Source: Phycisphaera mikurensis NBRC 102666 (GTDB lineage: Bacteria > Planctomycetota > Phycisphaerae > Phycisphaerales > Phycisphaeraceae). Taken from it: 32,000 bases of DNA. A model generated the notes under the pieces. That model ran no database searches, had not been told where the DNA came from, and saw only the letters and a list, made by a program, of their open reading frames with translations. The position numbers and the translations under genes are program-made. Every line of letters starts with the position of its first letter. The first letter of the stretch is position 1. Below, in pieces: positions 24,737-32,000 of this stretch. The stretch lies in contig NC_017080.1 in assembly GCF_000284115.1 (NCBI RefSeq), forward strand, positions 990,001-1,022,000, read 5' to 3'.

Positions 24737-26623
24737 ATGCGCAATCCTCGGCTCCTCTGCCTCACGCTCGCCGTTGCCGTCGCTCCCGTCCCGTCCGCGT
24801 GGGCGGAGCCGGAGAAGAAGCTGATCCAGCTCGGCTGGGACGGCGGGACGCCGGGCAAGATGCTCGCGAACCTCGAGCGGATGAAGGCGGGGCCGTTCGA
24901 CGGCTACGTCTTCAAGCTCCCGGAGGTCGACGCCGACACCGAGGCCCGCCCGCTCCCGCTGCAGAACCTGTTCACCACCGAGCCGCACCCCGCGGCGCTC
25001 TTCGAGCCGCACCTGGAGGACATGCGGACGCTGAAGGAGCGGGGCCTCGGGAACATGACGCACAACATGGTCAAGATCTGGTGCACCGGCCGCGACGGCT
25101 GGGACTGGTTCAACGACGACCACTGGGCCGCCGCCGAGGAGAACTGGCGGAATCTGGTGAAGCTCGCCAGCGTCGGCGACGCCGACATCATGTTCGACCC
25201 CGAGAGCTACTACACGAAGATCGAGCCGAACTACTTCTGGGTCTTCAACCACCAGGACAACCCGCGCGCCGACGAGAAGACGATCGGCGAGTACGAGGAG
25301 GTCGTGCGGCAGCGGGGCCGCCAGTTCGTGCGGGCGCTGGCCGAGGTCGATCCGGACATCGACATCCTCTCGATGTACGGTCTGAACAAGACCACCGACG
25401 CCGTCCTCAACGCGGACTCGCCCGCCGAAGCCGACGCCGCCCTGGAAGCGCAGCTCTACTACAACCTGCTGCCCGCCTTCGTCGCCGGCGTGCTGGAGGA
25501 AGCCCACGACGGCTTCACCTTTCACGACGGCAACGAGATGGCGTACTACTACACCTCGCCCGAAGAGTTCGAACACGCTCGTGAGAGGATGAAGGGTCCG
25601 GTCCGCCGCGCCCTGCCGCCGGATGCGCAGAAGCACTTCGACGACCACTACCGGGCGGCGCAGGCCATCTACGCCAGCGACCTCTTCCCGTACGACGCCG
25701 ACGATGGCGCGTACCGAGCGTTCTTCCGGACGGTGATGCCACGCGACCGGCAGGCCGAGCTGCTGGCGCACAACGTGTACCACGCGCTGGCCACCGCGGA
25801 CGAGTACGCCTGGTACTACAACGACGGCGCCATCGACAACTGGACCGGCGACGTCCCCGCGGGGATGCACGAGGCGATCCGCCGCGCCCGCGGCCTCCTG
25901 GAGGCGGGCGAACCCTTCCCACCGGGGATGGTGGCCGAGGTGGAAGCGGCGAAGGAGGCGTACCAGCGGCAGGTCACCGGCGACCTGCACATCGCCACCG
26001 CGGACTTGACGAGCGTGTCCACGCCGCCGCGGATCGATGGGGACGTCGACGACGCCGCGTGGAAGGAGACGCAGCGGCACGGGCCGATGCACGCGCTGAG
26101 CAGCAACCCCACCGACCAACCCGGCGAGGATGCTTTCGTCCGCGTCGCCGCCGACGCGGAGAACCTCTACGTGCTCGTGGAGGCGATGGACGACCGCACC
26201 GACCACCTCGACCTCCGCGGCGACGGTCGCGACGGCGACGTTTGGGCCGGCGACGACGTGGAGGTGGCCGTGAGCGATCCCGACAACGCCGATCGCTTCT
26301 TCCTCTTCATGGTCAACCCGGCCGGCACGATCTACGACGCGGAGCTGCGGGTCGACGCCGAAGGCGAGCTGAGCTTCGACACCGGCGGCTACGACCCCGA
26401 TTGGCAGCGCGCGGTCGAGGTCCACGACGACCGCTGGGTCGTCGAGATCGCGATCCCCTGGTCCGCCGTCGGCGGCCGCCCCCGCAACGACCAGCCGTTG
26501 CGGATGAACGTCGCCCGCTCCTTCGGCGATCGGCCCGGCCCCGGCTTCGTCTCCTGGAGCCAGACCATCGACAGCTTCCTCACGCCGGCCCACTTCGCCG
26601 AGCTGCGGCCGGCGGGCAACTGA
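24737..26623 (+). CDS. Exported protein: N-terminal domain remotely like paralogs A-C, C-terminal CBM9-like domain
   Basis: Signal MRNPRLLCLTLAVAVAPVPSAWAE; KLIQLGWDGGTPGKMLANLERMKAGPFDGYVFKLP; DIMFDPESYY; FTFHDGNEMAYYYTSPEEFEHARERM; IYASDLFP. C-term STPPRIDGDVDDAAWKETQ...VRVAADAENLYVLVEAMD...VWAGDDVEVAVSDPDNADRFFLFMVNPAGTIYDAEL...VEIAIPWSAVG. Confidence 0.9.
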   Translation: MRNPRLLCLTLAVAVAPVPSAWAEPEKKLIQLGWDGGTPGKMLANLERMKAGPFDGYVFKLPEVDADTEARPLPLQNLFTTEPHPAALFEPHLEDMRTLKERGLGNMTHNMVKIWCTGRDGWDWFNDDHWAAAEENWRNLVKLASVGDADIMFDPESYYTKIEPNYFWVFNHQDNPRADEKTIGEYEEVVRQRGRQFVRALAEVDPDIDILSMYGLNKTTDAVLNADSPAEADAALEAQLYYNLLPAFVAGVLEEAHDGFTFHDGNEMAYYYTSPEEFEHARERMKGPVRRALPPDAQKHFDDHYRAAQAIYASDLFPYDADDGAYRAFFRTVMPRDRQAELLAHNVYHALATADEYAWYYNDGAIDNWTGDVPAGMHEAIRRARGLLEAGEPFPPGMVAEVEAAKEAYQRQVTGDLHIATADLTSVSTPPRIDGDVDDAAWKETQRHGPMHALSSNPTDQPGEDAFVRVAADAENLYVLVEAMDDRTDHLDLRGDGRDGDVWAGDDVEVAVSDPDNADRFFLFMVNPAGTIYDAELRVDAEGELSFDTGGYDPDWQRAVEVHDDRWVVEIAIPWSAVGGRPRNDQPLRMNVARSFGDRPGPGFVSWSQTIDSFLTPAHFAELRPAGN

Positions 26624-26816
26624 TCCGCATCCCGGGCGAGGTCCGGGCGGCCATGCAGGTCCCCATATGGGTGCCGCGCGCCTCAGGGCTCAACCTTCTG
26701 CAGTTTCCAAGGACTCCTGCCAAGGCAGCGAGACGGCCCTCCTCGGTGTCCTTTGACCGCCGTTACCTCAAGGGCACCCGAGCGTCGCTGGAGGCTGCGC
26801 CTCCACGGTGGGTTCG

Positions 26817-26857
26817 GACGCACCCTGCGAAGCGGAGTCCTGGCCGTCGGGTGCGTC
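26817..26857. repeat. Inverted repeat in a long convergent intergenic region
   Basis: GACGCACCC (26817-26825) and GGGTGCGTC (26849-26857), with GGAGGC-TGC-GCCTCC at 26790-26804 just upstream. Confidence 0.5.
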
Positions 26858-27156
26858 GGGACGCACCATCGGCCGCGTGGCGGGCAGGTGTCGCTTGTCC
26901 TCCCCACCTGAAGGTGGTGGCACCGGGGTCAGATCGTTGTCCTGAAGTTTCTGGGGATGCGTCGAACGCCCCGCCCCGACCGGTTGCCCGGCCCGGCCGC
27001 GGAAGGCAGGCGGTCGTCACCACGGTCGGCGAGGCTGAATCCTCAAAGCGCCACCACACCGGTGCAGAGGAGACCTCTGGCTCGCTGTCTCCGCCTCTTG
27101 TTCCGGCTCCAAGCGAGCGCCGAGGCGGCAACGCAAGAGCCGGTCCGCGGTGGTCG

Positions 27157-27202
27157 CCGCGGATCGCGACCTTGAGACGCCACAGATTGCCGCGGTCCGC
27201 GG
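27157..27202. repeat. CCGCGGACCG palindromic element, copy 6 (one arm mismatch)
   Basis: CCGCGGATCGCG (27157-27168) and CGCGGTCCGCGG (27191-27202), 12-bp arms with one mismatch, about 20 nt beyond the prepilin-like gene stop. Confidence 0.75.
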
Positions 27203-27222
27203 CGCCGACGATCGGAACAAGA

Positions 27223-28071
27223 TCACTTGATGAAGGCGTCGAAGTCGCCGGACCAGAAGTTGTCGACCTGAGGATCCTCCGTTTCGGCCATGATCGAGTC
27301 GTCGGAGATGTCGAAGTTGTAGACGCTCGCGTGACCGTCGACGAACAGCGCGTTCTGCTGCTCCTCCGGGTGCCAGTTGGCCCAGAAGAGCCGGCTGTTC
27401 AGGCCCTGGTTCGTGCTGTCGGTGTAGGCGGCGCCCTCCGGGTAGGCCGCCGCGGAGCCCGGGGCGGTGGAGCGGTAGTCCATGATGCTCATCATCTCCG
27501 TCGCCGAGAGGATGGAGTCTTCGCGGACGTACGGCGCGTACCGGGGCGTGGCGGGATTGCTGCCGCTGGGGATGAACGGTCCGCTGCTCGTGTTGTAGCC
27601 GAGGCGCCAGTTCCGGCCGTAGCTGAGGTACTGCTGCTTGCCGGACCACCCGAGGTATCGCCCATCGAATTCTTCATCGAGGGGGCACTGGTAAACGGTG
27701 CCCGGCACGCTGGTGATCTTCCAGCGGTCCGAACCCGACGAGACGTCCGTTGCCATGCCCGGCACCGACTCGTTGAAGTGACGGCTGTCGGACCACATCC
27801 AGCCCGGAGTGCTCCTTTCCTCATTGAAGTAGACGGAAGGAACGAGAGTGGCCTTGTTCTCGGCGGCGTACGCCGCGTCGGCAATGCCGAACTGCTTCAG
27901 GTTCGAGAGGCACTTCATGCCGCGCGCTGCGTCGCGGGCGGCGCCAAGCGCGGGCAGCAAGATGCCGATGAGCAGGGCGATGATCGAGATCACCACCAGG
28001 AGCTCGATCAGCGTGAAGCCGGTGCGGCACGGAGCGGCACAAGCCTGGCGATGGAAGGCGGGGTTCGGCAT
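27223..28071 (-). CDS. Prepilin-type N-terminal cleavage/methylation domain protein (H/X9-DG-like, DUF1559-type)
   Basis: [69 protein letters not shown]; [22 protein letters not shown]. Confidence 0.9.
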   Translation of the reverse strand: MPNPAFHRQACAAPCRTGFTLIELLVVISIIALLIGILLPALGAARDAARGMKCLSNLKQFGIADAAYAAENKATLVPSVYFNEERSTPGWMWSDSRHFNESVPGMATDVSSGSDRWKITSVPGTVYQCPLDEEFDGRYLGWSGKQQYLSYGRNWRLGYNTSSGPFIPSGSNPATPRYAPYVREDSILSATEMMSIMDYRSTAPGSAAAYPEGAAYTDSTNQGLNSRLFWANWHPEEQQNALFVDGHASVYNFDISDDSIMAETEDPQVDNFWSGDFDAFIK

Positions 28072-28229
28072 GGCGGGTTTCTTTGGAAGTGAGTGAGGCA
28101 GGCGCACCCAGGTTATCGCCGAGCGTGGGGAGTGTCAATAGATGCTGAACGTCAAGTTCCACTGAACAAAACGATGGCGCGGCTCCCGCACGAGCCCTCC
28201 CGCACCGGCCGGCTCCGCCACGTTGCCGG

Positions 28230-29456
28230 TCATCGGCCGCTGCGAACCCGCTGCCAGAGGTCCGCCATCGCGATCATTGGGTTGTGGCCGAGGTAGTCCG
28301 GGCACGGCTGGTTGGCCGCGTCCTCGGCGTACGGCTTCCGCGCCACCGACTCCGGCGCGTCGCCATCGGGGTGGTAGAACTCGAAGATCGTGCCGGTGCG
28401 GTCGAAGTGGGCCGCGGAGTCGTCTAGCGCCCTCTCGAGGATCCGCGCCGCGGCGTCGTGACGTCCATACCGCACGCACCCGCTGCACGCCCAGAAGGTC
28501 ATGCTGTTCCAGGCGGGGCCCCGCCACATCCGCATCTCGTAGCCGATCGACTTTCTCGCCACGGTGCGGCAAGGATGCACGCCGAAGAAGGCGTCCGGGT
28601 CGAGCAGCCAGCCGTCGATGAAGCGGTCCGCCTGCTCCGCGGAGGCGATGCCCAGCACCAGCGGCCACATCCCCTCCAGCGCCATCGGGGGGTTCTCCTC
28701 CTCCGTGCGGAAGCCGTCCACGAACAGGCCGAGGCCGTCGTGCCAGAGCTCGCCACGGATCCGCTCGGCGAGCGTGTCCGCCCGCCGCCGGGCCTCGGCG
28801 GCCCGCTCGCCGTCGCCCCAGCGGGCCACGGCGTCCATCAGCAGCCAGGCGTGGCTGGAGGCGTCCACGAAGGGAACCAGCCGGTCGGTGGGGCCGTCGA
28901 GGAAGCGGACTCCGTCGTCCACGCCCGACTCGAAGCTGCCCTCGAGCGTGAGGTCCGCGTAGCCGTAGAGGCCCTCCTCGGTCCTCCGATTCGCGTCGAA
29001 CCAGCCCAGCTGCTTCACCGCGTGCGGTAGATAGCGCCTCCGGATCGCTGGATCGACACCGGCCTCGACCAGACGCTCCACCAGCAGCGCCCACACCGGC
29101 GGGTGGCTGGTGCGGGGGTTGTGCAGGTCGGGCTTGCCGTCGAGCAGCCGGAAGATCGGCGGCATGCGGCCGTCGTCCTGCTGCAGGGCGAGCGTGTTCT
29201 CCAGCTGCCGCTGCGCGTGCCCAGGCGAGCCGAGCACGGTGTCGTGGCACTGGTGGACGATGTCCCAGTGCCCGAAGGCGGGGCCGTAGCAGTAGCCCGG
29301 CCCGATCTCCTCCCAGGGGTGCGGGAAGATGCCGTGCGTGTCCTCGCGGACGGAGCGGCCGTGGAGATCGGCGACGTAGGCGAGCATCGGAGCCCACGCG
29401 GGGCGGTCGGCGGAGGCGGTCTCGGCGGCGGCGGCAAGGCCGGGGATCGTGGGCAT
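28230..29456 (-). CDS. Trehalase/MGH1-type glycoside hydrolase (GH63/GH37-like barrel)
   Basis: MPTIPGLAAAAETA...; RMPPIFRLLDGKPDLHNPRTSHPPVWALLVERL; GYADLTLEGSFESGVDDGVRFLDG; VDASSHAWLLMDAVARW; YEMRMWRGPAWNSMTFWA; TIFEFYHPDG; DYLGHNPMIAMADLW. Start refined from 29543. Confidence 0.8.
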   Translation of the reverse strand: MPTIPGLAAAAETASADRPAWAPMLAYVADLHGRSVREDTHGIFPHPWEEIGPGYCYGPAFGHWDIVHQCHDTVLGSPGHAQRQLENTLALQQDDGRMPPIFRLLDGKPDLHNPRTSHPPVWALLVERLVEAGVDPAIRRRYLPHAVKQLGWFDANRRTEEGLYGYADLTLEGSFESGVDDGVRFLDGPTDRLVPFVDASSHAWLLMDAVARWGDGERAAEARRRADTLAERIRGELWHDGLGLFVDGFRTEEENPPMALEGMWPLVLGIASAEQADRFIDGWLLDPDAFFGVHPCRTVARKSIGYEMRMWRGPAWNSMTFWACSGCVRYGRHDAAARILERALDDSAAHFDRTGTIFEFYHPDGDAPESVARKPYAEDAANQPCPDYLGHNPMIAMADLWQRVRSGR

Positions 29457-29557
29457 GGGGCAGCTCGGGAGCGGAACGGATTCCGTCCAACGATACACCC
29501 AGTTCCGGGTGTACGTGAAAAGTGCATACCCCTCCGCAAGCAACGCCGCCGCAAGGT

Positions 29558-29601
29558 CGCGGACCGTCAGCCTTCGGCGGCTCCGGGGCCCGCGGTCCGC
29601 G
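29558..29601. repeat. CCGCGGACCG palindromic element, copy 7 (9-bp arms)
   Basis: CGCGGACCG (29558-29566) and CGGTCCGCG (29593-29601), 26-nt spacer, overlapping the 3' end of the AraC gene (stop 29567-29569). Confidence 0.65.
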
Positions 29602-30472
29602 GAGGGGCAGAAGGCTCGCCGCGCCGGAAGGCGGAGGGCGAGCCGCCGGTCTCCGCCTTGAACTGCCGGGAGAAGTGGAAGGCGTCGGTGTAGCCCAGCG
29701 CCTCGGCGACTTCGCCGACGTTCATGCCCGTCTCGCGGAGGAGGTGGCGGGCCCGGCGGACCCGCTCCACGGTGACGAAGCGGCGGGGGGTGACGCCGGT
29801 CGCGGCCCGGAAGATCGCCCGGAAGCGGTCGCCGCCGTGGCCGGCCTCGGCGGCCATCGCCGCGACCGACCAGGCGGCGCCGGGCTCCTCGCGGATGCGG
29901 CTGCGCAGCGCGTCGACCATCCGGCGGTGGGCGGGAGACACCCCCGCGTCACCCGCCTCCGCGTTCTGCGCGGCCGCCGCGGCGGCATAGTCCGCGAGCA
30001 GGCCGGCGAGGAGCAGGTCGGTCGTGTCTGCGGCGGGCGGCTCTCGCTTCGCGCGTTCCACCACCCGCCGGGCCACGGCGTCGGCGAAGGCGAGGTCGTC
30101 CCAATCGAGCACCTCCGGCGGGAGCGCGGCGTCGGGCACGCGCCGCCCGCGGCGCGTCGCCTCGAAGTGCAGGTACGTCACGCCCAGGCGATCGTCGGGG
30201 TCCTGCTCGGCTTCGTAGCGCCGGCCCGGCCGCATCCACACGCAAACGCCGGGCCGCAGGTCGATCACGCCGTCGGTGAGCGTCATCCGGCCGCGCCCGG
30301 CCCAAACCAGCCACAGGTCGAAGTCGCGGAGGTCGCGCCACCAGCACGCGTCCAGGCGCCAGCCCGGCTCGCAGCGGACGCGGCCGCACACGCCCAGCGT
30401 CACGCGCGTGCCCCGGTCGGTCCAGCCGCACGCACCACTCCGGGGTCCTTTCTCCACAACGGAAACATACAT
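29567..30472 (-). CDS. AraC-family transcriptional regulator (AraC-binding N-domain and HTH)
   Basis: WSVAAMAAEAGHGGDRFRAIFRAATGVTPRRFVTVERVRRARHLLRETGMNVGEVAEALGYTDAFHFSRQFKAETGGSPSAFRRG. Start chosen at MYVSVVEKG; 30493 is an alternative. Confidence 0.88.
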   Translation of the reverse strand: MYVSVVEKGPRSGACGWTDRGTRVTLGVCGRVRCEPGWRLDACWWRDLRDFDLWLVWAGRGRMTLTDGVIDLRPGVCVWMRPGRRYEAEQDPDDRLGVTYLHFEATRRGRRVPDAALPPEVLDWDDLAFADAVARRVVERAKREPPAADTTDLLLAGLLADYAAAAAAQNAEAGDAGVSPAHRRMVDALRSRIREEPGAAWSVAAMAAEAGHGGDRFRAIFRAATGVTPRRFVTVERVRRARHLLRETGMNVGEVAEALGYTDAFHFSRQFKAETGGSPSAFRRGEPSAPPRTAGPGAAEG

Positions 30473-30477
30473 GTTTC
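30462..30477. promoter_or_regulatory. Palindromic operator candidate GAAACAT-AC-ATGTTTC
   Basis: Perfect 7-bp arms with a 2-bp centre, at the AraC start codon in the divergent AraC/PhyH intergenic region. Confidence 0.45.
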
Positions 30478-30554
30478 TGCCCGCCGCGTCCATGGCGTCG
30501 CGGCCCGGCTCGACGATCATGGAGGCCACTCCAGAGCAAGTGGGACCCATCGCC

Positions 30555-31430
30555 ATGACCAACACCGACACCGACACCGAAACCGAAAAACCGTTCGCCC
30601 CGCCCGTCGAAAACCCCGTCGAGGATCCGCCCGAGGGCCTGTACGAGCCCGCGGGCCGGGTGGACCTCCTGCCCGGGCCCGACGCTGTGAACGACGAGGC
30701 GGCCGTCTTCTTCGCCGAACGCGGGTACCTCGCCGTCGCCGGCGTGCTCACCCCCGCGGAGGTCGCCGCCTCGCTCGCCTCCCTGGAGGACCTGGTCGAG
30801 GGGCGGATCGAGGGATTCAACGGCGTGCAGAACGAAGCCCAAGCCGGAGACGACCCGGAAACGCCCGCCATCGACCGCGTGCGGAAGCTGTGGTTCACCG
30901 GCGACGAGTGCCAACGCTGCGGCATGCCGGTGGACCACCCGCTCGTGAAGCGGATCGTCGCCAAGCTGATGCCAGGCCGTGAGCCGGCGATCTTCCAGAC
31001 GATGGCGCTGCTCAAACCGCCCGGCCGGGGCCGCGAGAAGCCCTGGCACCAGGACCACGCCTACTTCAAGGTCCGCCTGGAGGACCGGATCGTCGGCGTG
31101 TGGATCGCGCTCGACCACGCGTTGGTCGAGAACGGCTGCATGCAGCTCATCGACGGCGGCCACCTCGGCGGCCCGCTCGTCCACTTCAGCCGGCGGGACT
31201 GGCAGCTGTGCGACGCCGACGTGATGAAGCAGGCCTCGTTGGCCGCGGTGCTCGCGCCCGGCGACGCGCTCTTCTTCGACAGCCTGCTGCCCCACGGCAC
31301 CCCGCCCAACCGCAGCGGCCGCCGCCGCCGGGCGATGCAGTTCCACTACGCCCCCGCCGACACGGTGAAGATCGCGATGGAGGAGCACGACGGGATCTTC
31401 GGCTCCGCCGGGAAGAGCGTGTACTGCTGA
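30555..31430 (+). CDS. Phytanoyl-CoA dioxygenase (PhyH)-family Fe(II)/2-oxoglutarate oxygenase
   Basis: PWHQDHAYFKVRLEDRIVGVWIALDHALVENGCMQLIDGGHLGG (HxD), LAPGDALFFDSLLPHGTPPNRSGRRRRAMQFHY (distal His and Arg). Confidence 0.88.
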   Translation: MTNTDTDTETEKPFAPPVENPVEDPPEGLYEPAGRVDLLPGPDAVNDEAAVFFAERGYLAVAGVLTPAEVAASLASLEDLVEGRIEGFNGVQNEAQAGDDPETPAIDRVRKLWFTGDECQRCGMPVDHPLVKRIVAKLMPGREPAIFQTMALLKPPGRGREKPWHQDHAYFKVRLEDRIVGVWIALDHALVENGCMQLIDGGHLGGPLVHFSRRDWQLCDADVMKQASLAAVLAPGDALFFDSLLPHGTPPNRSGRRRRAMQFHYAPADTVKIAMEEHDGIFGSAGKSVYC

Positions 31431-31478
31431 GCCCGACTCCCGACGCGAGGTTCCGGTAATGTGAAGCTCTGCTTCCGC

Positions 31479-32000
31479 ATGCCGACAGATCCACCCGCCG
31501 AACGCCCGCCCGAACCCTCCCGGCCGCTCCGCGTCGGGATCCTGGGCCTGTTCCACGAGTCCAACACCTTCGCGACGCACCCGGCGACGCTGGCCGCGTT
31601 CCGCGGGTACGAGTGGTTCGAGGGCGACGCGTTGCGGGCGGCGATGGTGGACAACCACGACGAGGTCGGCGGCATGCTCGGCGGGCTCGACGAAGCCGAG
31701 GGCGTGGAGGCGGTGCCGCTGCTCTGGGCCGCGGCGCTGCCGGCGGGGGAGATCGAGCCCGAGGCGGAGGCGGCGCTCTGGGCCGCGGCCGAGCGGCAGC
31801 TCGACGCGGCGGGAGCGCTGGACGCGGTGCTGGCGGTGCCGCACGGGGCGGCGGTGGGGCGGACGCACCGCGACTTCGACGGCTGGTGGCTGACGCGGCT
31901 CCGCGAGAAGCTCGGGCGCGGTGTTCCGATCGTCGCGACGCTGGACCCGCACGCGAACGTGTCGGCTGCGATGGTCGAGGCCGCCGATGCGCTGCTGGCG
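31479..32000 (+). CDS. M81-family metallopeptidase (MlrC-like), partial, runs off the window
   Basis: Own translation from ATG 31479: MPTDPPAERPPEPSRPLRVGILGLFHESNTFATHPATLAAFRGYEWFEGDAL...LPHGAAVG-type (VLAVPHGAAVGRTHRDFDGWWLTRLREKLG) and VPIVATLDPHANVSAAMVEAADAL. Absent from the ORF track because it has no stop in the window. Confidence 0.85.
   Translation, partial: MPTDPPAERPPEPSRPLRVGILGLFHESNTFATHPATLAAFRGYEWFEGDALRAAMVDNHDEVGGMLGGLDEAEGVEAVPLLWAAALPAGEIEPEAEAALWAAAERQLDAAGALDAVLAVPHGAAVGRTHRDFDGWWLTRLREKLGRGVPIVATLDPHANVSAAMVEAADALLA

Noticed and set aside
24497-26593. 698-aa minus-strand ORF
   Set aside because: Shadow of the 24737-26623 gene, which has a signal peptide and CBM9-like domain.
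27223-28071. Type IV pilus or type II secretion locus
   Set aside because: Single prepilin-type H/X9-like gene with no assembly ATPase, peptidase or secretin nearby; such orphans are common in planctomycetes.
26059-28092. 677-aa plus-strand ORF
   Set aside because: Runs out of frame through the CBM9-like domain, hairpin-rich intergenic DNA and antisense of the prepilin-like gene.

Overview
High-GC (about 70% or more) chromosomal window. The coding style is planctomycete-like, probably Phycisphaerae: two PEP-CTERM proteins, a prepilin-type H/X9-like protein and many sugar-related genes. This taxonomic guess is inference. I support 19 complete protein genes and one partial gene, most pointing to carbohydrate or polysaccharide processing. 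They include a GH88-like hydrolase, a GH27-like alpha-galactosidase, an MGH1/trehalase-like hydrolase, a large secreted GH-like protein and a CBM9-like protein. They also include a creatininase-family protein with a conserved partner, two AraC regulators, SDR/epimerase proteins, a PhyH-like dioxygenase and an M81 peptidase. A ferredoxin-type sulfite/nitrite reductase and an Rsm22-like methyltransferase are also present. The most interesting coding signal is a four-gene block (20546-26623) of exported proteins of one apparent uncharacterised family. Three are tandem paralogs and the fourth is a divergent relative fused to a C-terminal CBM9-like domain. A second is an unusual three-part protein (13768-16497) combining phosphodiesterase, TPR and sulfotransferase-like regions. 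Between genes I see three families of short structured repeats: (1) CCGCGGACCG-N22-26-CGGTCCGCGG palindromes, mostly at gene 3' ends; (2) opposed arrays of an 8-bp unit, AAGCGAAG; (3) paired inverted copies of a ~26-bp GGGTGCCACG... element. I found no CRISPR, transposase, phage or rRNA/tRNA signal, and I do not see a recognisable defence system. Many very long ORFs in the track are antisense artefacts of high GC.
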